Part shown: piece after piece, positions 51,501 to 62,881 of the stretch
Layout: the number at the start of each line of letters is the position of its first letter
How positions within the stretch are numbered: the stretch's first letter is position 1
Source: Octopus sinensis
Taxonomy: Eukaryota
DNA: 64,000 nt
Reading direction: 5' to 3'
Assembly (NCBI RefSeq): GCF_006345805.1
Contig: NC_043015.1
Location: 16,120,001-16,184,000 of the forward strand
Notes under the pieces: model-generated
What the model saw: only the letters and a program-made list of their open reading frames with translations
What the model was told of the DNA's origin: nothing
Databases searched by the model: none
Program-made: the position numbers and the translations under genes

Positions 51501-52182
51501 CTTGAACAGCAATATCTATAATGCCAACAGTTTGCATGACTTTTACATAATGGCTGGGAGTAAGTGTTAGAATTATTTTAAATATATTTAATATTTCAGT
51601 TAAGAAGTCTTTTTCTTTGTCATTTATGTCTCTTATGGCAATAATTACATCATTGATATGATCAAAGAATGTGGAATACATCATTAGTGACAGATGTTTG
51701 TTGTTCATTTCCTTTAGTGTGAAAGATTTCAAACTTTGTCTCAAGACTTTCAAAAACAATGTTGTTGTGTGAAGATCAATTGGTTTATTGAGAAAGTATT
51801 TGAAGCATTCTTCACAGGATCCCAACTGTAGACAAATACTGCTTGCATCCTTCTCAATCAGGTCTTGAAATAATTTCAAGTTTAAACAACATATTCTGTG
51901 TTTGGAACATTCATGAGTTCTTACAGATGTCCAAGGATCATTTTGAAAATCAAGTTCAAGATTTTTCCATTTTATTTTAGACTTTTTAGCTTTATATTTC
52001 TTTCCATCAGAAGACACTGATTTTGATTGTTGATTTTTATCAGACTGTTCTGAATTATCTTTCTTAAATTTATTTTGATTCAATTTAGCTCCGTCATATT
52101 TTGTGTCTGTTGATAATTTCTTATAAATCACATTTGGGTTTCTTTCCGGTACCGTTTTGGATTCTTTATTGTAGTTGTCCAT
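48502..52182 (-). CDS. ZNFX1: NFX1-type zinc finger-containing protein 1-like (ZNFX1; SF1 UPF1-like RNA helicase), about 1226 aa, single coding exon
   Basis: Intact ORF with Walker A QGPPGTGKT, CYTNHSLDQFL, VRVGGRS, GMTTTGAA, motif II VEEAAE (ZNFX1-type), LIGDHKQL, SLFERM, QHRMRPEI, DNYQGEE and NRVCVALSRAK. These are followed by CQNH...GGCLKPCEARLDCGHTCALLCHP, the first NF-X1 finger. I place the start at ATG 52182 because a 3' splice site (ttatttcag, AG at 52189-52188) lies 5 nt upstream and the first 22 aa of the ORF-track protein come from intron and a SINE tail. Confidence 0.9.
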   Translation of the reverse strand: MDNYNKESKTVPERNPNVIYKKLSTDTKYDGAKLNQNKFKKDNSEQSDKNQQSKSVSSDGKKYKAKKSKIKWKNLELDFQNDPWTSVRTHECSKHRICCLNLKLFQDLIEKDASSICLQLGSCEECFKYFLNKPIDLHTTTLFLKVLRQSLKSFTLKEMNNKHLSLMMYSTFFDHINDVIIAIRDINDKEKDFLTEILNIFKIILTLTPSHYVKVMQTVGIIDIAVQDPDSELNLKMKELQNLLQSISSEHAPRSRQSRTDSSYSIVDDFRNLKLIPTVGEIISNKKPILHKNIKKGAYENLDHYLDVQFCLLREDFVGPLRNGLALFIGDKKILNDKKNDDFYIYHKVYVIDWVTTKNGIQYKVSFDVSKFSNINWEQNKRFIFGSLLCLSEDNFITTYYATVSDRNSEELQQGIVTVNFFPDVKLNMVINKQFVMVESKAFYEGYRPILMGLKEIVSCDLPFKDYILYADKNVKAPKYLTACSPVFDLSCLTDKSKLVYDYSTKTVKVQRTSSTAIKVDVLGNSWPEAVSLNFNDSQLSAFSNILSKEFSLTQGPPGTGKTYIGLQTVKVLCSNYEKWCGKPMLIVCYTNHSLDQFLEGIDKFLDGGIVRVGGRSSSEILKKYSLHQMKLEFSWQNHFALNINKQNVEKEIKELKSNIDGKTDQFQETRYKIVSIDILGQYMGHLYDLLIEGFQDNFGKLNGNKYFIIEEWLGFGDVTVNEENSFEKVANYDEVIDDSDVEFLQNNHMLDTDIEDLSQARCKRNPVSDETKESDNLNNTDGFERTAKEKEKLQKRLKVELKSTEIMSVEEIDSLSYIDLWIMPVSKRWCLYRYWVSLYSSKLLEDIFELTTEYNMAAKRLEELRYEEDKIIFQNSLIIGMTTTGAARYRAILQEIQPRIIIVEEAAEILEAHIITSLNCKCEQLILIGDHKQLQPSTNVYKLAKHYNLEISLFERMFNNDIEVKCLNFQHRMRPEIAELVHPIYPELKNHHSVKLYDNIHGISKNIYFINHNQPENEVRFGTSKHNPYEASFITGLCCYLRKQGYESSQITILTTYSGQLFSIKKLIKTERLCDGVRVTIIDNYQGEENDIILLSLVRSNELNSVGYLKIDNRVCVALSRAKKGLYVIGNFKLLATNSPLWAEILLSLEEKKILVDAMILKCQNHPETCAQVTSFEDFCKAPEGGCLKPCEARLDCGHTCALLCHPYDKEHKGHQFCECKSSIR

Positions 52183-52721
52183 TATTCCTGAAATAACATA
52201 AATTATTATATGAGTAATAACAATAATAAAAGTTTCTGATTTAGGCACAAGGCCAACAATTTTGAGAGGAGAGAATTAATGAATATCATCGACCCCATTA
52301 CTTGACTGGTACTCTATTTCCTTAACCCCAAAAAGATGAGTGACAATAACTCCTTGTAAAGACACCGGACCTCAAATTTGGAAGAAGGGGTTAGTTGATA
52401 CTACAGATCCTAGTACTTGACCGGTACCTTTAATTTATTGATCTAAAAGCACAAAAAACAAAGTTGACCTTAGCAGGATTTGAATTTAGAAAGTAAAGAA
52501 CCAAAACAAAAACTCCAACATTGTAATGCACCAACCAACCCACCATAACTGTTTCTAATCTTCTACCCTTAATAACTGTTTCTAACATAGGCACAAAGCC
52601 TGATATTTTCAGGAAGAGGATCAGTTAATATCTTCAACCTTAGTACATGACAAGTCCTTTATGTTATCAACTTTAAAACAATGAAAGGCACAGCTGAACT
52701 TAGTAGAATTTTAACTCAGAA

Positions 52722-55110
52722 CTAGTAGTATAGCCTGGTGTTGCCCGGGATTAAGTTAGGATTATTAAGTGATCAAGTACTTTATTTCAAACCAAAATAA
52801 GTGACACCGACATCAAATTTCAGCAAAATCTGTTGAAATTGGTAAAAGTTTGGCTAAAAATGGGTTGCAGGCAATTTGATTGGGAAATCCCATAAGGTAT
52901 CGGTTTGTCAATTATTTTCATTCATCGATTGTTTTTTGTTTTTTTTTTAGAACTTAAGGCATTCAAAGATCCTATGAGTCCTAAGTAATGCTGCCATCAA
53001 GTTTGAGCAAAATATGTCAAAACTGGTAAAAGTTATGGTTGTAAATGGGGTTTAGCCAATTTTAGTGGGAAATCCTATAAAGAATCGGTTTATCAATTTT
53101 TTTATCCTGATTGAATGGAAAACCCCAAATGGATACCTGCCACCGATAGTTATTGGCTTTGGGATTTGTTGATGGACATTGGCGAAGCATGGTCTCACTG
53201 GGAACTGCAATCTGCAGAAGTTAAATGACATGCCTGACCCCGAGAGATAAAGCTGCATCCTTGAAATGAAAACATTTTCACCCCTCCCACATCTTGTAAC
53301 AATGGTGGCCTCAATCAAGTAGGGCGTCAGGGACTTGATTACTAAGCGGGTCCCGTTGCACTGTTTAGGCAAAAGCAAGATTCTGATTAGCATAATTAGG
53401 CATCCAACCCTTAGCCTAAGAATGTGATATGGAAGCCCTGCTGGCTCCAGTGAGCTGAGAAATTTGATAAGGTAATTGACAATGTCTTGGGGATCAGAGG
53501 TCCGGTCAATCGATTTGTAGATGCGCTCCTCACCCAGAATTCGGCTTATGAGCTGGTCGTCGATAGCACTGAGTTACGTTTTGGGTGGCCAGGATGGTTG
53601 TTTCACTGAGCCAATTGATGTCAGCATAACTACTTTCCAGATTGGGAAACACTGTTTCCAAAAGATCGGAAGGGTTGTCCACAGTGTTGCACAGTTCAGA
53701 GATGGATATGTCACCCCTATCATTCCTAGGGACCTTGCCTTCTCCAAGGGCTAAAATGTCTTCAGCAAATGCTGCAGACGTGCTATAACCAAGCAAGTGT
53801 GCACGCATGTTTGTGCTTAGGCTTAAGGTCTTAACCTGGGGCCACAATGTGGATGACTTAAGGCATGCGTGCACTTCATCAACCTGGCTCCCTTTAGGGA
53901 TGACAGGAAAGGTTTGCCAGAAATCTCCTGAAAGCAATAGAGTTACACCACCCATAGAAGCAGTAGAATCCCTGATACATTTCAGTGACCGGTCAAGTGC
54001 CTCAAGGGCACCCTTATTGGCCATTGTGCTTTCGTCCCATACAATGAGACAGCACTGTCTAAGAACTTCAGCTCCCTCTGAATTTTTGCCAATGTTGCAA
54101 GTAGGAACCTCAGCCCGCACCAAATGTAAAGGCAGCTTGAATGCCGAGTGTGCCATCCTACCTCCCGGCAATAATGTAGCAGCGATTCCTGAGGAGGCAA
54201 CGGCTAGCGCAATTTGTTTCTCGTGACGAATCTTAGCAAGTATTAATTGTGTTACAAAGGATTTGCTGGTACCTCCAGGAGTATCGAGGGAAAAATGCTG
54301 TCCACCAGTTTTTCAATGGCACTGACGACACTTTCAAATGCCAGTCTCTGATCATTCGAACGCCAGCCTCTGATCAGAGAGCAATTTCAGTTCATTTATT
54401 CTCAGGTACTCCGCAAGGCCATCAGTGTCATACAACAACTACAGAAATAACTTTGGTGGGAGTGTGTTAACATCCTATCGCAATGAGGATGGCAAACTGA
54501 ATGTGTCCAATACTGCCTCACCCATTTTGAGCAGGCCATCCTCGATTTCAATCAGCGCATTATCCAATGTCAGCATTAGGGTACTGTTGCTTTGCCAGTC
54601 ATCGTTTACCTTGACCACTGAGAAAGCAAAATTATGTACAGAGAATTTCATAAACAGAAATGAATGGAAAAAAGGTTTTAGATTAAATTTTTAGATTAAC
54701 ACTTGCACGATTTTCACTAAGAAAAAAAAAAATTGGATTTTTTGCATGGAATCAACTACCCTGGCCTCCTAATATGCTACAAAGCCCTTTTTGTGGTCCG
54801 AGAAACAGGGTGAGGTGTGGTGGAAGCCTCGGAAATTTCACCCCCCACCACCCATTGATCTTTTCACCATCTATTTTTCAATGTACGTGGAAAAATACGG
54901 GGATTAAGAATATGGAAAACATTTTTTTAGTCTCAAATTTACCATGAAAAACTCCAGGCAAATTTTTAGATAACACTCACACGATTTTCACTAAGAAAAT
55001 AAAATCGGATTTTTTGCGTCTAATCAACTACCCTAACCTCCTAATATGCTACAAAACCCTTTTTGTGGCCCAAGAAATGGGATGGGTGTGGTAGAGCCTC
55101 AGAAATTTTA
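52722..55110 (-). mobile_element. Decayed Helitron (3' end well defined; 5' end not located)
   Basis: On the - strand it ends CCCGGGCAACACCAGG (hairpin) + ctatacta + CTAG|T at 52722, the standard Helitron 3' terminus. It contains a PIF1 helicase remnant and two internal direct repeats (about 52790-52920 vs 52990-53100, and 54685-54838 vs 54960-55108). Confidence 0.8.
53120..54620 (-). pseudogene. Helitron RepHel PIF1 helicase remnant (frameshifts and stops)
   Basis: Motifs read across frames: LDTPGGTSKSF (decayed Walker A), AVASSGIAATLLPGGRMAHSAFKLPL, IVWDE, LLSGDFWQTFPV, LSTNMR, CNGTRL, RLQFPVRPCFA..SINKSQ. The Rep domain and helicase motif VI are absent. Confidence 0.88.
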
Positions 55111-58103
55111 CCCATTTATATTATGTAATTCTTTGTTTCTATGTTATTAAATAAATGGATTCTCAACAAAAGACTTTTTCCTCTGTGTAAAATAAAAACA
55201 AAACTCTTTCACGCCCAAAGTAATGTGAGTGTGTGTGAGAGGGGGGAGAAAGATGAACGATTTAAAATAAATATATTTTAATTGTTGTGTGAGAAAGTAT
55301 ATATAATCTGATTATAAAATATAGTGTCTTTCAAAAACATCCTAAATTTGAACACTATATCTCGTGTTTAAGAAAAAAAACCATTTTATATTTTTATTTT
55401 TGGTATACGCTGTCACTTACTCTATCTCTCCCTCACACACACATACATCAACACACAACTTCTCTCTCCCTCACACACATACACACACACATACATCAAC
55501 ACAACTTCTCTCTCTCCCTCACACACACACACCTTTTCACTTTGCTATGGTAACAACCTTGCACAGAAGGCAAGCGTAATTATATTCTTGTGAACAAACA
55601 TTTCTCCAAATTTTTAACTTATATTGACTCTATTTTTTAGTTTTTAAGTTATCTTGTTACTTGTTATCTGCTAATCATGAAAATGAGCTTTTACAAATAG
55701 AAATAAATTAACTCTTTAAATTCTTGCCCTATCAGTTCCTTTCCACAAATGTTAAATCATTTATGTATACATCTCATAATATATAATACAATATTGTTTC
55801 TTTCATATATGTAATGATTTGTTTCAGTGCAGTTGACTATGGAGTTGTATAGATGTGATTCTATTCTGATTTCAAGCCTACTATTCTTCATTGGATTTAT
55901 CTCAAGTCCTGAATTGCACATAAGAATTGATTTCAAGTCTAAGAGCAAATTACAAGAAACACACCTTCTAAGTAAATGTTACTCAGGCATCAGAAATTAA
56001 TACATAGCAATTTACCATATTTATTCTTGTTCAATATGAACCCCTATGTAATGTCCATCACAAATTTTGGGCTATGAAATCCAAGGTAAAAAATATCCCT
56101 GGTGTATGATACATATTGACCTTTCTAATGTGCAGTGTTTATTATAATTGCTGTCTCAAATATATCAAGAAAATTCAAGCATACTAAACAAAACAGAAAA
56201 CATATTGAAAAGTGTTTTACCAGTTAAATTTTACCAATTAAAAGTGGCCTGCAAAATTAACTGACGAAAAATGTGGAATTACTGCCAGTAATCTTCAGCA
56301 CAGAAGGACATAAAAAACGTAATGCAACATGTAAAAAGTTTTATTATCAAATGCTTTCATTCAGATACTTTCATTAAATCCATGAGACTTTGTTACAATG
56401 AAATAAACACTTATGAATTGATTTTAAATTAACTTTATTAAAACTGTATTTATAATATTCATGCAATGGCTTCATGAGTTACTCATCACTACCAATTTGC
56501 AAGCCAATTTCTGTTCATGAATCACATTTACATGTGGAAATTTTGAGCAATACTATATTTACTTGTATTCATAGATAGCAGTAAGTTGTAAGCTATCTAT
56601 TAGCTTTTGTTTTCATAGTTACACAAGTAACAAATCTATTCCTACATAATTTACAAGCACTCATATATCTTTCTCTGACTTCCCACATCAAGACATCTTG
56701 TTTTAGCATTTTCTTGAAAGTTCTTTTTGCTTCCACAAATACCTTGATAATATGTTACACATAAAACACTCCTTCAACACTAATTTCCACACTCATAATC
56801 ATATTCAATAATACACAACTCAGAAACAAACCTCATAACCCATTTGCTTTCAAATACTCATGGTTGCTTTTTTACATCATCTTTCTCTATCAAAAATAGC
56901 ATAAATTTTTTTAGCACTTCTACCAACAAAACTGCGTGTATAAATATGAAAGGTTAGGACGGTTATGAGAAGTATATGTGCCTCATCATAAAACACCTTT
57001 GCTCTTGAACCAAATTCGAATTTTCCGTGAGCAGTTTTATTTGTTTCTGTACATGACAACAACTTTGTTTACAATGCCAATACTCATACAGACTGCATAG
57101 TGAAATATATTCAATCATTTGCCAGTGGGAGGGGTGTGTTTGTGTGTTAGTGTATACTGTACATTTCAAACCTGGAGTAAGGTTCTGTAGCTAAGACACC
57201 AGTAACTTTTTCTATTTTTTTTAGGTAACTTTATATGAATAAAACATAGTGACTTGTCTATGAGTATATACAGTGTTATCACTTGTTAAAATATATATAT
57301 TAGCAACAGAGGCAGTACTAATACCGAGAAGTAATATTTGTCCCCACTTAACCATGGATATTCCATCAGAACTATACTGTGTTAGTTACCATGAAAGAAA
57401 CTCTCATATTGGCTTTTGGTGCAAAATGCTAGTAGGGAGATAAATCCCTTTAGCACTGAGACCACCAAATCATGTGATTTCAACGTTCCTTAGTCTCCTC
57501 AATGATAGACACGCAACCGCTAGAAATAGCAGCAACTCATCCACCCACAAGTGATATATAGAAAAAAGTCACTGGTGTCATGATTAGCTAGTGAGCTTGT
57601 TAAAAAAATATTATTTTTATTTTTTTAACATTTTTTAACAAGTTCATTTCAGTTCTATATTTTCGTCTTCCTTGTTGATGGCTGAGATATCAATCACACA
57701 ATCACTCGTCTCTAATTTTGTCTTTCTCCAAATCCCCAGAACCATTCCTCCCGCGTGTCGTGACCCCACCCCCCACCTCACTGGCTCAGTATGTGCCCAT
57801 CCATCTATCTATCTGTCTATCTGACTGACTCTCTATCTCTCTCTTACAATTCCTAGCTTGTTTGCTAGTTCGTGTCGTGTACCCCATCTCTGTATCACTA
57901 TGTGTCTTTCTCCCTCTCTTTTGATTACTTTAGCTTAGCCAAGACCTACTTCCTACTTCCCCACCCACCACCCTATATAAACTAAAGCATGCCTGGTGAC
58001 CCTCTTACTACACTGCGATTCCTTGGCTGTAAAATACGAATCTCAGAGGATGAAAAATTTCAGCTAAGAGATTTTAACTGGCACTGTCATGGTATTAGCT
58101 GTC

Positions 58104-58151
58104 AAAAGTGAAAGTAGAAAAATCTGACGTCAACTTCGTGTATTTACGTCA
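58104..58151. promoter_or_regulatory. Candidate IRF-element plus CRE cluster upstream of ZNFX1
   Basis: AAAAGTGAAAGT (58104-58115), TGACGTCA (58125-58132) and TTACGTCA (58144-58151) in a short CpG-rich patch. Confidence 0.4.
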
Positions 58152-58349
58152 GGTTTAGACCTTTGTTAATTTATGCCGTTTATTTACGTACAACCACGCT
58201 GTTAGGTTTATAAAACAATTGATGTTCAGTTTAAAGTTTATAAATAAATACATTTCATTCCATGTTCTGTTTAAACTTTATAAATAAATATATTCTTGCA
58301 TTATTCATTATTGTTTTTAAAAAGAAATCATACCAATCTGCACAAATGA

Positions 58350-61189
58350 CCACCACCACCAGAGATTTAGAGACATATTATTACTTGGAGCCTTTGATGA
58401 AATAGAAGGGGATATAGCTTCACATGGTACAGAAGACAACTGGAGGTTCCTATGGGACAACCTGCTAAGGGCCACTGACCAGATCCGTGGATGGTGCAAA
58501 GTCCCCTCTCGACCCAAAATAACGTTGTGGTGGAACAATGTTGTTGACAAGAACGGTGGTAGCATGGAACTGTATCAGACTGCCAGAAGGGAAGCTAGGA
58601 GGCAGGTTTATTTAGCCAGAGGGGAAGCAGATAAGAAAAAATTTGCCAATGTTCTGCGCCGTAAGGACCAAAGACATGAGGTATTTCGTGTTGCAAGACA
58701 GTGTGTGAGAGATAATCGTGTTGTGGTAGGAGAGAAGGGTGTTCGCATGGATGATGGTTCATTTGCGCTAAATGATGATGCAAAGAGAGAGGTTTGGAGA
58801 TGCCACTATGAAAGGTTGCTGAATAAAGAAAATGAATGGGATAAAGAGAGTCTGCTGAATGTCGACCCGACAGAGGGACCAGCTATCTGAGTTGACAGTT
58901 CCTTGGTAGTTAAGGCAATTAGAAGCATGAAGACAGGGAAAGCCCCAGGCCCTTCAGAAATTACTGCAGAGATGCTCAAAATATCTGGCAGTGTTGGCTA
59001 TAGCCTAGTCACCCATATAGTTAACCAGGTGATACACGAAGGAGTCATACCCAATGACTGGTGTAGCAGCATAATAGTCAACTGCTACAAAGGTAAAGGT
59101 GACGCTTTAGATACAAATAATTACAGCGGTATCTACAAATAACTACAGGAGTATCAAGCTGCTGGATCAGGTAATGAAGGTTACGGAGAGGGTCATAGCC
59201 CAACTGATTAAGGAGAGAGTCAGCTTGGATGAGATGCAGTTTGGTTTCATGCCAGGGAAAAGCACCACTGATGCCATATTTCTGGTAAGACAGCTGCAGG
59301 AGAAATACCTAGCCAAAGATAAGCCCCTGTACCTGGCTTTCGTTGACATGGAGAAAGCCTTTGACAGGGTTCCCTGATCCCTTATCTGGTGGTCAATGAG
59401 GAAACCAGGGATAGATGAATGGTTAGTGAGAGCTGTGCAAGCCATGTACAGGGACACTGTAAGTAAGGTGAGGGTTGGGAACGAGTATACTGAAGAATTC
59501 AAGGTAGAGGTTGGGGTCCACCAGGGTTCAGTCCTCAGCCCCCTCCTATTTATCGTAGTCCTCCAGGCAATAACAGAGGAATTCAAGACAGGATGCCATT
59601 GGGAGCTCCTACATGCTGATGACCTTACTCTAATTGCTGAGTCACTATCAGAACTAGAGGAGAAGTTTCAAGTGTGGAAACAAGGATTAGAATCGAAGGG
59701 CCTTAGAATCAACCTAGCTAAAACAAAAGTCCTAATAAGTAGGAAGGCAAGCAAACCACAAATCCCTTCAGGTAGATGGCCCTGCTCGATCTGTAGTAGA
59801 GGTGTAGGTAGAAACTCTATAAGATGTATCCAGTGTAAGCTATGGACACATAAGAGGTGCAGCAATATCAAAGGAAGGCTAACTGGAAAGATAGTTTTTG
59901 TATGTGGCAGATGCTCGGGAGCAATAAACACTGAAAATCCGCCACATTCCAGGGAGAAAAACTAGAAGTAGTTGATAGCTTCCGTTACCTAGGTGACCAA
60001 GTCAGTAGCGGAGGAGGGTGCACTGAAAGTGTAGCTGCTAGAATAAGAATAGCTTGGGCAAAGTTCAGAGAGCTCTTACCTCTGCTGGTGACAAAGGGCC
60101 TCTCGCTCAGAGTAAAAGGTAGACTTTATGATGCATGTATACGAACTGCTACATGGCAGGGAAACATGGGCTGTGACTGCTGAGGACATGCATAAGCTCG
60201 CAAGGAATAAAGCCAGCATGATCCGATGGATGTGTAATGTCAGTGTGCATACTTGACAGAGTGTAAGTACCTTGAGAGAAAAGTTGGACCTAAGAAGCAT
60301 TAGATGTGGTGTGCAAGAGAGACAACTGTGCTGGTATGGTCATGTGATGAGAATGGATGAGGATAGCCATGTGAAAAAGTGCCACAACCTAGCGATTGAG
60401 GGAACCTATAGAAGAGGTAGACCCAGGAAGACCTGGGATGAAGTGGTGAAGCATGACCTTTGAACTTTAGGCTTCACCAAGGAAATGACTAGCGACTGAG
60501 ACTTTTGGAAATATGCTGTGCTTGAGAAGACCCGGCAAGCCAAATGAGACCATAACCTGTGGCCTATGCCAGGAGCGTAACCAGCCCGCTTATGCGTACC
60601 TTTTCCTTCCTTGGTCACTAAACTCTGCTTGTGAAGACCTGTTGAGGCAAGTGAAATCAAAATCAATTCGCTGACTGGCATCCGTGCTAGCGGGGTGCAA
60701 AGATCACCATACGAGTGTGATCGTTGACAGAGCAGCTAAGCGGCTTCCGTGCCAGTGGCACATAAAAGGGCACCATTCGAGTATGATCGTTACCAGCGTC
60801 GCCTTACTGGCACTTGTGCCTGTGCTAGTAGGGTGCCAAGAGCACCATCCGAGTGTGATCGTTGCCCGAGCAGCCAACTGGCTTCCATACCCATGGCACG
60901 TAAAAGGGCACCATTCGAGCATGATTGTTGCCAATGTCATTTCACTGGCATGTGTAAAAAGATTCGAGCGAGGTCATTGCCAGTACTGCCTGACTGGCTC
61001 CATGCCGGTGGCATGTAAAAAGCGCCCACTACACTCTCGGAGTGGTTAGCGTTAGGAAGGGCATCCAGCTGTAGAAACTCTGCTAGATCAAGACTGGAGC
61101 TTGGCGCAGCCATCTGGTTCACCAGCCCTCAGTCAAAATCGTCCTACCCATGCTAGTATGGAAAGCGGACGTTAAACGATGATGATGAT
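58350..61189 (+). mobile_element. 5'-truncated RTE-clade LINE (RT plus PHD-like finger, 3' UTR with tandem repeats, (GAT)n tail)
   Basis: RT motifs KTGKAPGPSEI, QFGFMPGKSTTDAIF, AFVDMEKAFDRVP, GVHQGSVLSPLLF and LHADDL, broken by stops and frameshifts (including a 22-bp tandem duplication at 59112-59155). No APE domain is present. It ends ggacgttaaacGATGATGATGAT. Confidence 0.9.
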
Positions 61190-61190
61190 T

Positions 61191-62085
61191 CACTGGCTAA
61201 TCAGTCCCTTCATTAGTCCTCCAGGCCATAACAGAGGAGTACAAAACCAGTTACTGCCCATGGAAACTCCTTTATGCTGATGACCTTGTTTTTATAGCTG
61301 AATCTTAGTAGAACTAAAACTGAAGTTCTAAGTATGGAAGCAAAACCTGAAATCAAAGGGCCTCAAAGTTAACTTACCAAAGACTAAAGCTTTAGTAAAT
61401 AAGAAAATAGACATATCTGCTTCCATCAGGGAAATGGCATTCTTCATTACATAGAAAAAGAAAAGCTTTGGCATGGCATACCCAATGCAAGAGATGCAGT
61501 GGTATCACAAGCAGGTTAAGAGAGAAAGTAGAGTTTACATGCAGCAGATGCTCAGAAGCAATAAGCACTAAGAACTCATGGAAAACAAACTTTCTCAAAT
61601 GTCCTGTCTATTTCCTAGGTGACTTAATTAGCAAAAGAAAAAGATGTTCTGTAAGTATAGTTGCTAGAATAAGAACATGCTGGGAAAATTTTTTACAGAT
61701 CTTTTACTACTGTAGGTAATTAAAACTTTCACTCTGAGAATGAAAGATAGAGTATAAGTATGATGTTTATGTACAAACAGTAATACTACATAGTAGTGAG
61801 AATTAGGCTCTGAATGCAAAGGACTTGCAAAGATAAGAAAGAAATGAAGCTAGTATGCTTCATTCAATGTGCAACATAAATGAGCACGATGACAAAGTAC
61901 AAATGTGTTGATAGAAAAATTGGGTATAAGAGGAATCAGATGTAGTGTGAAAGAAAGAAGATTGCACTGGTATGGACATATAATGCATATGGATGAGGAC
62001 AGCAGTATACACAAGTGATGATCACTTAAGGTGGATGGAATTTGTGGAAGAGGGAAACCCAAGAACACATGGGATAAAATAAACA
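61191..62085 (+). mobile_element. Older, more decayed RTE LINE fragment (3' half of RT)
   Basis: Homologous to 59530-60450: gtcctccaggccataacagagg, LLYADDL (ctttatgctgatgacctt), partial zinc finger WHTQCKRCSGITSRL...TCSRC, and the RGKP..TW end. Confidence 0.78.
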
Positions 62086-62171
62086 AAAATAAACTCATTC
62101 ATGTACCACAGTTGGTATCTGTTCAACAATCCCAATCTTCTGCTACCATTGCTACATAAACTTTTTAGACA

Positions 62172-62498
62172 CTTTTAGTCATGAATGGCCATGGGATAAT
62201 ACCTAGAAAGTTCACCTCCAAAGCACAAGTTCAAGAAAGGCTGTTTGTGGAAGACCAATAGTCACTCATGCATACTAGTTTCCCCTCTCCATGCCACCAA
62301 CGTTGTCCAAGGAAAGGCAAACGCCAATAAGTTTGACACCACTGACATCGGAACTCATTTCTATAGCTAAGTGAACTACAGCAATGTAAAATAAAGTGCC
62401 TTGCTCAAGAACGCAACACACAGCCTGGTTCAAGAATTGAACTTACAACTTCACAATTGTAAGCCCAATGCTCTAACCACTGAGCGATGTGTCTTCAC
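62172..62498 (-). mobile_element. tRNA-derived SINE (same family as 44781-45123)
   Basis: Reverse-complement similarity: gtgccttgctcaagaacgcaacacacagcctgg...ctctaaccactgagc. Confidence 0.8.
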
Positions 62499-62676
62499 TA
62501 CAGTGACTTACACAGTGCCAATAATAAATTCCGAAGTGAAATGTTTTGATTGTGTCGAGTTATATCGAAAGAATGCCAACTTTACTTCCTGGCGATTTAC
62601 TAGGGAAGTAAAATAACTCAAAAATAAGTTGTTTTTTTAATTACAATTTGTTTTTTAATATAAGGTAATTGTTCAG

Positions 62677-62881
62677 TTGTGTCTGAGGAGAGTCGTTTTC
62701 TTTTTGTGCCTCATAATGTAACACACTCGCCGGTAAAATTTCCAATAGTCTTGACTATTGAAAAGGTTGCAAGACGCAACGAAAATTTTAGGAAAATAAA
62801 AATAAGAAATAAGTGGAAATTTTATCGACGAGTGTGTTACATTATAAGGCACAAAAAGAAAATGACTCTCCCCAGACACAA
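62677..62881. mobile_element. MITE-like inverted-repeat element (68-bp arms, 69-bp spacer)
   Basis: 62677-62744 (TTGTGTCTGAGGAGAGTCGTTTTC...AAATTTCCA) is the near-perfect reverse complement of 62814-62881, which explains the mirror-image ORFs in the track. Confidence 0.75.

Noticed and set aside
52183-52248. First 22 aa (MPKSETFIIVITHIIIYVISGI) of the 1248-aa ORF
   Set aside because: It starts at a non-ATG codon inside an inverted SINE tail and crosses a good splice acceptor. ATG 52182 is the more credible start.
53807-54226. 139-aa + strand ORF
   Set aside because: Antisense shadow of the Helitron helicase remnant.
59167-59586. 139-aa - strand ORF
   Set aside because: Antisense shadow of the RTE reverse transcriptase.
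60670-61020. Regularly spaced repeats that could resemble a CRISPR array
   Set aside because: The context is eukaryotic, the repeats are diverged tandem units without unique spacers, they lie in a LINE 3' UTR, and there are no cas genes.
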